Source of the DNA: Deltaproteobacteria bacterium
Lineage (GTDB): Bacteria > Myxococcota_A > Bradymonadia > REDH01
Reading direction: 5' to 3'
DNA: 64,000 nt
NCBI GenBank assembly: GCA_007693585.1
Contig: REDH01000075.1
Coordinates: forward strand, 9,066 to 73,065
Made by a program: the position numbers and the translations under genes. The notes beneath the pieces are model-generated. The model did not search any database. It saw only the letters and a list, made by a program, of their open reading frames with translations, and was not told where the DNA came from. Every line of letters begins with the position of its first letter. The stretch's first letter is position 1. Of the stretch, positions 23,269-32,883 are shown piece by piece.

Positions 23269-26200
23269 ATGCGGATTCCCGAATGCTTTCAGTCCCGTCT
23301 GACGGACACGCTGCGCTCGGCGACGCTTGTGCTGTCGATCCTGCTCGCACATGGGGCGGTGGCGCTCGCCGGCGACGTACCCGACAACCCCGGCGACATG
23401 GAAGCGATGCGTCAAGGGGCTGCCGATGAGGACACGTCAGCCGATGAAGAGGGAGACGACGAATCCGCGTCCAGCGAAGATCGGGACGAGGAAGTTGGGG
23501 GGGGGCTTTCACGTTCGCTGCCGAGGGCGAGCGGACTATCGGCACGCGGCCGTGTGGAGCTCGGGCGATACGAGGAAGCGTTGCGCCTCTACTCCGATCA
23601 GTTCGAAGCGTTCCGCGAAGCCGTGGCTCGCGTCGTGCAGGAGGAGTACGAGCGACAGGTGCGGGTGATTGACGAGCGGCTTCAGCCTCGCATGGAGGAA
23701 GCGCGGAACCGGGAGACAAGGCACCGGCGGGACGCAATTGCTTCGTTCAGCCAGTTTGCGGAGCGATATCCGGATCATCCCGAATTTACAGGTGACGTTC
23801 TCTTCCGCCTCGCTCGACTCCAGAACGAGGAGGAGCAATACCTCCACATTCAGGCACTGAACGCGTACGACGAGCAGCAGCGGCGGTACGAGCTCGGCAT
23901 GATTCCGGAACCGCCGACCTTTCCCATGCTGGAACATGTGGACAGCCTTGCCACACTCTCTCGATTGCTGGAGACCTTTCCGGAATACCGTTACGCGGAC
24001 GCGGCCCTCTACCTGCTTGCAATCGGCCAGCAGGACGAGGAACTGGGCATGGCCTACTATGAGCGACTGATCCGGGAACGGCCCGACTCGGAGTTTGTCC
24101 AGGAGAGCTGGCTGCGAATCGGAGAACTTCTGTTCGATCTTGAACGGTTCCGAGACGCTCGCGAAGCATACCAGGAAGCGCTCGCCCTCGGCCCGTTCAA
24201 CCGTACCGACCTCACTCTCTTCAAGCTCGGGTGGACGAACTATCTCCTCAACGACTTCGGGTCTGCCCTGGAGAACTTTCACGATCTGCTCGTGCTGTAT
24301 CAGGGAGACGAAGAAGCGGCATCGGTGCTGGAAGAGGCACGTCAGTACTACGCAATCGTTCTTGCCGAGCGCGACTGGAACCTCGATGGTCAGGTGGACG
24401 AGGACTTTCTCATGCCGCGTGTGCGGCACTATCTGTCGGGAGACGCAGGCTACGAACTGCCGGTTCTTGACGTCATGGCGGAGTTGCTCAGGGAACTCGA
24501 ACCGCGCGAAGAGTACCTGCTTCACACCTCGGATGTCATGGCATTTGCGGTCGCGAACTTCCCGCTCGATCGGGATACACCATCGCGCCATCTGCTGGTG
24601 TACGAGATTCTCTACGCGCTGGACTATGAGGAGGAGGCCGTGGCGGTCCTCGCCGAGATTGCGGCAAACTACGGTCCCGACAGCGATTGGTTCCTTGCCA
24701 TGGAGCTTCAGGGAGAGATCGAGGCCATGGCGTTCGCCGAGCGACTCGGCCGTGAAGCCATGCTGAACAGCGCGGCGATCGCATTCTTTCGTGGCCGAAC
24801 CCATCGGGACGAGTACGAACTGTCAGGCGATGCGACCCTCGACGAGCGTGCTGTCGCATCCTTTCGGCAGGCGGCAGAGATCTACGGCGACTTTCTGAGC
24901 AGTTTTCCGAATGACGAAGCGGTCTACGAATCGCGATTCTTTCGGGCACGCGCACTCCATGAGGCACGACTGTACGAGGACGCCGTGGAGGAGTATGCCC
25001 GGGTTCGGGACTCCCGGTTGAGCGAGGCGCATCAGGAGGAGAGCGCAGCGCGACACATCGAGGCTCTCACGGCCCTTGCGCAGCAGGAGGTCCTGGCCGG
25101 GCTTCTCGACCCGAGGGGCGTCCCGGATCAGCCCAGCGAATGGCCCCGGCCGCTCGACGAAGGCGAAATCCCGGAGCCGGAGTCCATTCCCGACCGACTC
25201 CGGCAATTGCTCGCTTCGTACGACCGCTACATCGAGCTCGACGTCACGGTAGAGGACAGCCCCGAAGTTCAGGGCGAGGTCGCCCTCGCTGCCGCGCGAA
25301 TCCTCCTGGAGTACGAACACAACCGTGAGGCGCGCCAGCGCTTCGTGCAGATGTTCGACCGGTACTGCGGCGAACGCCCGGCGGGCATTGCCGCGCTACT
25401 CCTGATTCAGTCGTACGAACGGGAGGGTGATTACCGACACATGGAGTACTGGGCGAATCAGGTCGAGACCAGGTCGGACTGCATTTCACTGCCAGGTGAC
25501 GATGCACAGCGCTTCGCGGAGAATATCGACATCTACCGACGCAATGCTGCGTTCGCGAATGCGGAGAGACTGCGGGAGGCCGGGCGCTACGAAGCCGCAG
25601 CGCGTGAGTTCACACGAATCGCAGAGGCCTATCCGGAGTCCGATGATGCGCCGATCGGGCTCTATTTCGCCGGTGAGATCTACGAGGAGGAACTCCGACG
25701 ATATGACCTCGCCATGGAGCGCTTCCGCACGCTGTACGAGCGCTATCCCGACACGCGATTCGCAGAGCCCGCTCTCCTCAGCCTTGCCATCAACTCGCAA
25801 CAGTTCTTCGACTTCGATGGTGCGATTGCAGCCTTTCGTGAACTGCATACGCGCGGCTTCACCCTGCCCGCGGAAGGGGGAGGGCCCCGTTACCCCATCC
25901 TTGTGGCTGCCGAGATGCACGAAGTTCAGCGACAGCATGATCAGGCGGCAGAGGCTTACCTGATGTTCGTGGACGACAACCCCCGGGCACCGGAAGCGCC
26001 CCGTGCACTGTACAGGGCCGCCGTGAACCTCGATGAGTCGGGTCGACAGCGTGAGATGGCAGACCTGATCGAGCGACTGATTCGTGAGCACGGAACACAG
26101 TCCGAAGTCGGCGGCTTCAACATCGACAACGCAGTCATCGATGGACTGGCGCGCGTGGCCGCATGGCATGGTGCACGCAACGACGCTCGGAATCTACGTC

Positions 26201-26976
26201 GCTTCGAGGACCGCGTTCTCAATGAATTCGAAGGCCGTGTGCCGCGTGATTGGGAGACCCCGGAGGAGCTGGCCCGAAACGCTCCTGCCCGGCGCGCGGC
26301 GGCCGACATCGCGATGCGACGTGCCCAGGAGTCGGTCGCCGAGTGGAGGCGTATCTCCGTCAGCAGCAATCCCCGCGCCGCACAGCGAGACATCGAACGA
26401 AAGAGGGATGGTCTCGCCACGGCGATTCAGGAGTTCGTGGACGTGGATCGATTGTTCAATGATCCGGACGCCAGCATCTGCGCCCGGCTCGAACAGGGAC
26501 GGGTCGCGCGCGAAATGGCGGACTTCATCTTCGATCTTCCGGTGCCCGACTTTCAGGGGGACATCTACGCGGAGGACGCGTACATGGAAATCATCGAGGA
26601 CATCGTCCGACAGTATGAGGAAGTTGCTCTCGCCGAATGGCTGGAGCTGTACAACCTCATCGAGGAGATGGGCGTCGTGAACGACTGTACCATCGAAGCC
26701 TCGACCCTCCTGAATCAACGGTTCGGCGCCGAGTACCCTGCCTACAAGCAGCGAATGCGTCCAGCCAGCTCCCGCGTGCTCTTTCCGGGGCTCATCAACG
26801 TGCCGGTAGGCGTTTCGGTCCGTGCCAGCCATGCACCAACGCCCGACACGAATCTCGACGATATTCCGGCGCGCACCGATGCGTCTGGTCGGGACGAGGA
26901 AGCTTCGGAGCCGCCCGGTGCGAGCGAGACCGAAGTTCGTGCCGCGCCGAACGAGGAGGAGCCGGAGGATGAGTGA
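23269..26976 (+). CDS. Giant periplasmic TPR protein (GltD/AgmU-like)
   Basis: ATG 5 nt after the upstream stop; signal peptide. Many TPR/BamD-like repeats (ERYPDHP..DVLFRLA, ESWLRIGE, LFKLGW, AYPESDDA). Directly upstream of gltE/gltF-like genes. Confidence 0.82.
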   Translation: MRIPECFQSRLTDTLRSATLVLSILLAHGAVALAGDVPDNPGDMEAMRQGAADEDTSADEEGDDESASSEDRDEEVGGGLSRSLPRASGLSARGRVELGRYEEALRLYSDQFEAFREAVARVVQEEYERQVRVIDERLQPRMEEARNRETRHRRDAIASFSQFAERYPDHPEFTGDVLFRLARLQNEEEQYLHIQALNAYDEQQRRYELGMIPEPPTFPMLEHVDSLATLSRLLETFPEYRYADAALYLLAIGQQDEELGMAYYERLIRERPDSEFVQESWLRIGELLFDLERFRDAREAYQEALALGPFNRTDLTLFKLGWTNYLLNDFGSALENFHDLLVLYQGDEEAASVLEEARQYYAIVLAERDWNLDGQVDEDFLMPRVRHYLSGDAGYELPVLDVMAELLRELEPREEYLLHTSDVMAFAVANFPLDRDTPSRHLLVYEILYALDYEEEAVAVLAEIAANYGPDSDWFLAMELQGEIEAMAFAERLGREAMLNSAAIAFFRGRTHRDEYELSGDATLDERAVASFRQAAEIYGDFLSSFPNDEAVYESRFFRARALHEARLYEDAVEEYARVRDSRLSEAHQEESAARHIEALTALAQQEVLAGLLDPRGVPDQPSEWPRPLDEGEIPEPESIPDRLRQLLASYDRYIELDVTVEDSPEVQGEVALAAARILLEYEHNREARQRFVQMFDRYCGERPAGIAALLLIQSYEREGDYRHMEYWANQVETRSDCISLPGDDAQRFAENIDIYRRNAAFANAERLREAGRYEAAAREFTRIAEAYPESDDAPIGLYFAGEIYEEELRRYDLAMERFRTLYERYPDTRFAEPALLSLAINSQQFFDFDGAIAAFRELHTRGFTLPAEGGGPRYPILVAAEMHEVQRQHDQAAEAYLMFVDDNPRAPEAPRALYRAAVNLDESGRQREMADLIERLIREHGTQSEVGGFNIDNAVIDGLARVAAWHGARNDARNLRRFEDRVLNEFEGRVPRDWETPEELARNAPARRAAADIAMRRAQESVAEWRRISVSSNPRAAQRDIERKRDGLATAIQEFVDVDRLFNDPDASICARLEQGRVAREMADFIFDLPVPDFQGDIYAEDAYMEIIEDIVRQYEEVALAEWLELYNLIEEMGVVNDCTIEASTLLNQRFGAEYPAYKQRMRPASSRVLFPGLINVPVGVSVRASHAPTPDTNLDDIPARTDASGRDEEASEPPGASETEVRAAPNEEEPEDE

Positions 26977-28423
26977 CTCTGCGGGACATGTGTTTTTCGC
27001 CCGAGGTGTGCTGCTGAGCTTCTGCCTCATGACGGCATGGGGATGCGCTGCGGGACATCAGCAGGCAACTGCAGACCCCTCCGATGGCATTGCAGTGACC
27101 CCCCAGCAGCGCCCGAATCCGGAGCTGGTCCACTCCATCTGGGACGAGGACGCCGTGGCGTTCGAGCCCGATGAGGAACGACCCGCTGTCGACGAAGCTG
27201 CCGACGATGACGACGATCTTCTCGATGTCGAACTGGAAGAGGAGTTTGCGGACGTACTCCCGCCCGAAGAGGAGCCGGAGACCGAGGAGCCCTGGGACGC
27301 GCGAGCGCTTGAGGCCTTCGCCGCAGCACGCGCCGATGTACTCGGCTCTCGCTATTCGAACGCGCGACGAACGCTCCAGACATTTCTGGACCACGAAGAC
27401 CGGCGTGTCCGTTCACTGGCGCAGCACAACCTTGGCGTGGTGGCATGGTACGAGGGAGACCATGTGTCCGCCGAGAGCGCGTTCAGACGCGCCATGGACG
27501 AAGACCCAGGCCAGGCCGCACCGCTGAGAGCGTTGGTGAGGCTGTATCTCGCGGACGGACAGCACGACCATGCACGGTCTCTGGTACGCGAGCAGGTGAC
27601 CCTCTCGGAAGAAGCGGCCTCGATTCGAGCCGTGGAGCTCCTGCTCCTGCTGGAAGAGGGACGCGATCAGGAAGTGGAGGAGCTGTCCCGTGCACTCCTT
27701 CTCGAAGATGGAGCCAACCTGGATATCTTTGAGGCCCTTGCCTTCACACAGCTCAACGCCCAGCGACTTCCGCTTGCGGAGTATATCGCGGAGCAGGGAC
27801 TCGAACGCGACGAGACACGAACCGAGCTGTGGTACGTGAGGGCAGTGACGGCAATGGAAAGAGGCGACAATCTGACCGCAATCCGCCATCTGGAAACGGC
27901 TCGGGAGCGCGGAGCAAACACGCGACAGCCCGAGCTGCTGAATCTGCTGGGCGTACTCTACCTCCGAACGCTACGCTGGGAGGATGCACAACGTGTTCTC
28001 GAGGAAGCCACGAGAGCTGCTCCCAGCTACGCCGACGCCTGGGTCAACCTTGGAAATGCGCATGTAGGCTTGCGTGACTATGATGCAGCTCTCGTCGCGT
28101 ATACGAGAGGACGTGATCTTGGCCTCGAAGGGGGCGGTCCACTGTTCAACCTGGGCCTCCTGTACATGGAACCCGGCTGGGAGCACATGGAACGCATCGC
28201 GCAGCTTCGAGAGGCAATCGAATTCTTTGATCGATTCGCTGCGGAGCGTGGCGACATTCCCGAGTCACATCTTGTGCACGAGTACCGACGTGAAGCGCTG
28301 GCCGCAATTGAGGGAATGGAAGCGCTCGCGCGCCCACGAGAGCAGCCTGTCGAGCCGGTGTGCGACGACCCGTTCGGCTGCGACGATGAGCCGGTGTGCG
28401 ACGACCCGTTCGGCTGCGACTGA
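26969..28423 (+). CDS. TPR lipoprotein (GltE/AglT-like)
   Basis: GGAGG SD; lipobox AWGC; TPRs HNLGVV, NLLGVLY, WVNLGNAH, FNLGLLY; overlaps the gltD-like stop. Confidence 0.8.
   Translation: MSDSAGHVFFARGVLLSFCLMTAWGCAAGHQQATADPSDGIAVTPQQRPNPELVHSIWDEDAVAFEPDEERPAVDEAADDDDDLLDVELEEEFADVLPPEEEPETEEPWDARALEAFAAARADVLGSRYSNARRTLQTFLDHEDRRVRSLAQHNLGVVAWYEGDHVSAESAFRRAMDEDPGQAAPLRALVRLYLADGQHDHARSLVREQVTLSEEAASIRAVELLLLLEEGRDQEVEELSRALLLEDGANLDIFEALAFTQLNAQRLPLAEYIAEQGLERDETRTELWYVRAVTAMERGDNLTAIRHLETARERGANTRQPELLNLLGVLYLRTLRWEDAQRVLEEATRAAPSYADAWVNLGNAHVGLRDYDAALVAYTRGRDLGLEGGGPLFNLGLLYMEPGWEHMERIAQLREAIEFFDRFAAERGDIPESHLVHEYRREALAAIEGMEALARPREQPVEPVCDDPFGCDDEPVCDDPFGCD
28352..28420 (+). repeat. 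Two identical 33-bp direct repeats (36-bp period) encoding EPVCDDPFGCD twice
   Basis: gagccggtgtgcgacgacccgttcggctgcgac at 28352-28384 and 28388-28420. Confidence 0.95.
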
Positions 28424-28449
28424 TCCGCGACACCTGACAGGAGACTGCC

Positions 28450-28728
28450 ATGAATGGCGCTGACGAAGTGGGCAGAGATCGTTTCGCGGGGTGGGGCAAG
28501 AGTGTTGCCTGCGCGTTTCTCGGCGTCGGGTTGCTGGCACTTGCCTCTGTCGAGGCCGTGGCTCAGTCAGGCGTCATTCGGCTGGAAGAGGAGGTATTCG
28601 AGGTGGAGATCGAAACCCCGACGGCCACGCTCTTTCTGGCACCGCATGCGCTGGAGTATCGATTCCGCGAGCCGGTAGACTCCTTTATGGATGCTCTTCT
28701 CGAAACCGTGGAAGACGAGCCGTTTTGA
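28450..28728 (+). CDS. Small exported protein, GltF/CglF family
   Basis: 92 aa; signal peptide, then IRLEEEVFEVEIETPTATLFL...SFMDALLETVEDEPF, matching the GltF pattern that ends in PF. Confidence 0.8.
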   Translation: MNGADEVGRDRFAGWGKSVACAFLGVGLLALASVEAVAQSGVIRLEEEVFEVEIETPTATLFLAPHALEYRFREPVDSFMDALLETVEDEPF

Positions 28729-28965
28729 CGGCTTGCGCGGGGTGCTGGGTGCAGCGGTCGAATTGCTGGCCACCCTGCACGCACTGTGATAGACCGACCG
28801 ACGCAAAGGCGCTTCCGTTGGTCTCCAACGAAGTGTGAGAGGCGCTTCCGGCATTGCGCACGGAACGCATGACGTAACGAGGGGAATGATGTGGTCCCTT
28901 GCGCCAGTGAATGACTGGTGCCGCATCATTTCCGGGAAGCCACCCCACGCAGGAGAGAGTCGAAC

Positions 28966-29610
28966 ATGGGAACCATCGCTGAAGCATTTCGGGTTAGTGG
29001 CATCTGGATGTATCTCATCCTGGTGATCTCGATCTTCGCGCTCGGCATTGTGCTCGAGCGGTTCATCTTCCTGTTCTTCAAGTACAACATCAACGCCTTG
29101 GCATTCATGCGGCAGATCGAGAAGCTCGTCATGGCGGGCAACATCGACCGTGCGCTGAAGCTCTGCAGTGCTGCGCAGGATGCCGCACTTCCGAAGGTTG
29201 TGAAGGCGGGTCTCATGCGTGCTCGGAAGAGCAAGGAGTCCATCCAGAACGCCATCGAGGAAGCGACACTCGAAGTGATTCCGCTGGTGACGCGTCGCAC
29301 GCCTGCGCTGCTTGCACTCGCGAATATCGCCACTCTCCTTGGTCTGCTGGGTACCATCGTCGGTCTGATCGATGCGTTCGCGGCCCTGGAGAACGCAGCT
29401 CCGGAAGAGCGTCAGCAGCTTCTGGCGCGTGGTATCTCGCTCGCGATGTACACGACGGCCGCTGGTCTCATCGTGGCGATTCCGACGATGCTCTTCCATC
29501 TGTTCCTGAGCGGAATGACGAAGAAGATCGTCGAGGAGATCGACCAGAACGCCGTCAAGATCGAGAACCTGTTGGTTGCCCAGGCGCGCGGTACGGCCGC
29601 CGCGGAGTGA
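28966..29610 (+). CDS. MotA/TolQ/ExbB-family proton channel subunit (AglR-like)
   Basis: AGGAGA SD; three TM segments; ATLLGLLGTIVGLI and GISLAMYTTAAGLIVAIP. Confidence 0.93.
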   Translation: MGTIAEAFRVSGIWMYLILVISIFALGIVLERFIFLFFKYNINALAFMRQIEKLVMAGNIDRALKLCSAAQDAALPKVVKAGLMRARKSKESIQNAIEEATLEVIPLVTRRTPALLALANIATLLGLLGTIVGLIDAFAALENAAPEERQQLLARGISLAMYTTAAGLIVAIPTMLFHLFLSGMTKKIVEEIDQNAVKIENLLVAQARGTAAAE

Positions 29611-29624
29611 CTTCCGGTGCTGGA

Positions 29625-29664
29625 GGGCTCGGTCTGCGACTGAATGCAGGCTGAGCCCATTTTT
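29625..29664 (+). terminator. Intrinsic terminator/attenuator-like hairpin between the aglR-like and first exbD-like genes
   Basis: GGGCTCGGTCTGC (29625-37) pairs with GCAGGCTGAGCCC (29646-58): 13 bp including 2 G-U pairs, 8-nt loop, followed by ATTTTT. Confidence 0.65.
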
Positions 29665-29722
29665 CGGAACTCCGCGCACGAAAAGTTGTCCCTGTCTGAG
29701 CAGGGACGCCCGAGGAGGAGCC

Positions 29723-30511
29723 ATGGCGAAGCGACGCAGGAAAGATGTGGTGGATGAGGTCCAGGATCTGAACCTGGCGCCGATCATGAACATGGTCATG
29801 ATTCTCATTCCACTGCTGCTTCTCTCCACCGAGTTCATGAAGGCCGGTGTGGTCAACATCAGCTCGCCGCGACAGGCACAGGCGACGCAGGCTGACAGCG
29901 AGGAACAGGAAGAAGAGGATCCGGTGCCCCGAGTACTGATCGCGATTTCCAGTGATGGTTTTCGTGTGATGGACCAGCGCAACCTTCCGGACTTCGCTGG
30001 CTTCACGACGCCGATCGAGCGATGTGGCGGCGCAGCCGCGGCGGGTGGAGAGGAGACGCCGGCGGGTGGGTCGCCCCACGCGCGAGCAGAGACCCTTCCG
30101 CCGACGATTTGCTTGCGCACGGAGTCGTCCGATGGTGACGCGCTGCTCGACCGGCTGGATTACGCCTCGCTCTACAATCACCTTGCGACCATCCGGCTTC
30201 AACCGCAGTGGTACGACCGGTTCTCCGAGGAGAACAATGACGTGATCAGCCTGCTCGCCAGCCCCGAGGTGGATTTCGCGTCGCTGATGAAGACCATGGA
30301 TACCGTCCGGTTCTTCCTGAGGCCCGAGGGTACGGATCCAGGTGAGCCAAGTGGCGGAGCGAACATAGACGCGTTTCTGTTGGGGGGAGGCGGCGAGCCG
30401 ACGCTCGAGCAGCTCGAGAACGCAACGTATCTCACCGGAGGCGAGGACGGCCCGTACCGGTTCCGACTGTTTCCCGACCCAGTGCTGATGTTGCCGCGTG
30501 CAGGTGGCTGA
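29723..30511 (+). CDS. ExbD/TolR-family subunit (AglQ/S-like), enlarged, with Asn in place of the TM Asp
   Basis: GAGGAGGAG SD; TM LNLAPIMNMVMILIPLLLLS; C-terminal ISLLASPEVDFASLMKTMDTVR...LFPDPVL. Confidence 0.85.
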   Translation: MAKRRRKDVVDEVQDLNLAPIMNMVMILIPLLLLSTEFMKAGVVNISSPRQAQATQADSEEQEEEDPVPRVLIAISSDGFRVMDQRNLPDFAGFTTPIERCGGAAAAGGEETPAGGSPHARAETLPPTICLRTESSDGDALLDRLDYASLYNHLATIRLQPQWYDRFSEENNDVISLLASPEVDFASLMKTMDTVRFFLRPEGTDPGEPSGGANIDAFLLGGGGEPTLEQLENATYLTGGEDGPYRFRLFPDPVLMLPRAGG

Positions 30512-30583
30512 CACGCCCGACAGCACGGGTTCGAAGGAGAATGCTGCGCCAATCTGGCGGGCTTGAAGCAGGAGTAGGTAGCA

Positions 30584-31189
30584 ATGTCTGACATTATCAG
30601 CGGACCGCAGCAGGATCAGGATGACGCGCTGGATGCGGACAAGAAGGCGAAACGCGCCGCTCGTTCCGCTTCAAGGCGCGACGACGGTGGTGGTGGGCTG
30701 AACATCAACTCGATGATGGACATGATGACCATTATCCTGGTGTTCCTTCTGAAGAGTTACAGTACCGAGCCCATCCAGATCAATCAGAGCGAGGACCTCC
30801 GACTTCCCTGGTCAACCACGGAGTTGGCGCCCGAGGACACGATGACCATCACGCTCACGAAGACGAGTGTCCTTGTGAATGACGAGCTTGTGGTTGCGGT
30901 CAACGATGATGGTCGAATCGACCCATCGCATCTGCAGTCCGCCGATTCGCCACTGATCCCCAATCTTCAGCAGAAGATCGAGGACGAGCTTGAGGTAGCC
31001 GCCCGAAATCGGCTTCGAGGTTCAGGCGATGTCCAGCGCGTGGTGACCATCATTGCGGATTCTGATGTGCGTTACGAACTCCTGACTCAGGTGATGATCA
31101 CGGCGTCTGCGGCGCAGGTGCAGAACTTCAAATTTGCGGGAATTCAGCGCGAACAGGGATCAGGTCTGCTGCAGGCGGCTGCGCCCTGA
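30584..31189 (+). CDS. ExbD/TolR-family subunit (AglQ/S-like) with the canonical TM Asp
   Basis: LNINSMMDMMTIILVFLLKSY; IIADSDVRYELLTQVMITA. Confidence 0.9.
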   Translation: MSDIISGPQQDQDDALDADKKAKRAARSASRRDDGGGGLNINSMMDMMTIILVFLLKSYSTEPIQINQSEDLRLPWSTTELAPEDTMTITLTKTSVLVNDELVVAVNDDGRIDPSHLQSADSPLIPNLQQKIEDELEVAARNRLRGSGDVQRVVTIIADSDVRYELLTQVMITASAAQVQNFKFAGIQREQGSGLLQAAAP

Positions 31190-31291
31190 GTTCTGCCCGG
31201 GAGGGTGCGCCGCCACAACTGTGCAGGCAGGCGGAGTAGGAAGATGGAATTGACCCCGCACGTTTCTGGAAGACCGTAGCCTGGTGTAGCG

Positions 31292-32662
31292 ATGGCGACA
31301 CAGTCCGGACAGAAGATTCTCCGAGTAGGTGTGATTCAGAACGATCGGGTGATCGAGGAACGAATCTTCCGCACTCGTGAGTCCGTGACGATCGGTCAGG
31401 GGTTCCAGAACACGCTGGTCGTCCCGCTGGCCGAGGCGCCGAAGTCCTTCACGCTCTTCGATGTGCGCGGCGGGAAGTACTACCTGTGCTTCACGCCCGA
31501 GATGAGCGGCCGAGTGGCATCGGGAGCGTCCGCCACTTCCCTGGCCGAACTTCGTTCGAGTGGAAAGGCCACGGTGTCCGGAAAGGCGGCGATGGTCGAG
31601 CTGCCGGAGAATGGACGGGGCAAGGTCACCCTTGGGGAAGTGACGTTCCTGTTCCAGTTCGTGAATCCACCTCCACTCCGCGTCCTTCCGCAGCTTCCCG
31701 CGAACATGCGCGGGGGAATGCTTCAGTTTCTCTCGACGATCATGGGTTTGAGCGGCGCCTATCTCTGGGCATTGCTCTTCTCGTTCATCGTGCAGTTTGG
31801 AGCTGCGCTCTACCTGGTTCTGCTTGTCCCGCCGCCACCGCGCCCTCGCAGCATTGATGAAATGTCGAGCCGCTTCGTGCGGGCTGTGGAGCTTCCAGAG
31901 CAGCAGGAACAGGAGCCCGACGAGTCGGAGCCGGATGACTCCGCCGAGCTCGTGCCGGAGGCGGCACCCGAGCCCGAACCAACGCGGGAGCGGGAGCCTG
32001 AGCCGGAACCGTCGGTCGAACGACGTCCGTCGGAGACCCGGGAGGAAGCCATGCGAGTGGTGGAACAGACTGCGATCGGCGCTGCCTTTGTAGCCGACGG
32101 TGGCATTGATCTGGGACTTTCCGCGGTAGATCGAACGGGCCAGCGTGACCTTTCCGAGGTGCTGGCCGGCGGAAATATCGGAGGGTCCGAGCCCGGGCTG
32201 GCGAGCAATCTCGGTGCCCGTCCAGGGATCGATCCCGGTCAACGGCCGGCGACAGGGAGCAACATCGACACCAGCTCAACGGGACCGGCCGTCGCGACAG
32301 GGCCTGCCGACTCCGGGCCGAGTCGACCCACCGGGTCCATTCGTGCAGGCGGCTTCGAAACGGCCGGGACCGGTTCACTCGATCGGGACAACATCAACGG
32401 GGTGCTTCGTCGCGCGAATCGACAGATCGAGTCGTGCTATCAGCGCGCACTCGGAAACAACCCGAGTCTTGCCGGACGAATGGAGGTGCGTTTCGAGATC
32501 GGTGGCGATGGTCGAGTGGCCAGCGTGCGGATTCCGAGCCACAATCTTGGACGAGAAGTGCAGTCGTGCATCGAGGGTGTTTTTCGCGGTCTGAGGTTCC
32601 GTGCGCCCGACGGCGGATCGGTCTGGGTGCAGCGGCCGTACGTCTTTTCGTCCGGACGCTAG
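31292..32662 (+). CDS. GltG-like TonB/TolA-type energy transducer (AgmX/PglI C-terminal domain)
   Basis: Cytoplasmic beta domain (KILRVGVIQNDRVIEERIF), one TM, EP-rich then Gly-rich linker, C-terminal IESCYQRAL..NPSLAGR....FEIG..G.V...C...F..PDGGSV....PYVF. Confidence 0.88.
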   Translation: MATQSGQKILRVGVIQNDRVIEERIFRTRESVTIGQGFQNTLVVPLAEAPKSFTLFDVRGGKYYLCFTPEMSGRVASGASATSLAELRSSGKATVSGKAAMVELPENGRGKVTLGEVTFLFQFVNPPPLRVLPQLPANMRGGMLQFLSTIMGLSGAYLWALLFSFIVQFGAALYLVLLVPPPPRPRSIDEMSSRFVRAVELPEQQEQEPDESEPDDSAELVPEAAPEPEPTREREPEPEPSVERRPSETREEAMRVVEQTAIGAAFVADGGIDLGLSAVDRTGQRDLSEVLAGGNIGGSEPGLASNLGARPGIDPGQRPATGSNIDTSSTGPAVATGPADSGPSRPTGSIRAGGFETAGTGSLDRDNINGVLRRANRQIESCYQRALGNNPSLAGRMEVRFEIGGDGRVASVRIPSHNLGREVQSCIEGVFRGLRFRAPDGGSVWVQRPYVFSSGR

Positions 32663-32883
32663 TCCCTGCAGGTTCGACAGGTGGGCGTCAGCGGCCTGGG
32701 ACTGTGGTTCACGGGAAGGACTGGGCGCCTTCAGTGGTGTATGTGGCGGATTTTCAACGGTGTGTGGCTGGCGCCGGGTGATGGAGTCAGGTTGCGCCGG
32801 TTCGAGTTGCAATGGCGCCCCGCACTTGACCGGAGTGCTGTGCGCGTGTAGGCAACGTCTGTCTGGTCTTCACAGGAGTCCTC

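Noticed and set aside
28795-28850. GACGCAAAG resembling part of a c-di-GMP-I riboswitch
   Set aside because: The upstream GGCAAAC segment and GNRA-capped stem are not evident. An Infernal search with RF01051 would settle it.
28966-32662. Ordinary Tol-Pal or TonB-ExbBD uptake system
   Set aside because: There is no tolB/pal or TonB-dependent receptor. Two ExbD paralogues, a GltG-type N-terminal domain and adjacent GltD/E/F-like genes point to the Agl/Glt family.
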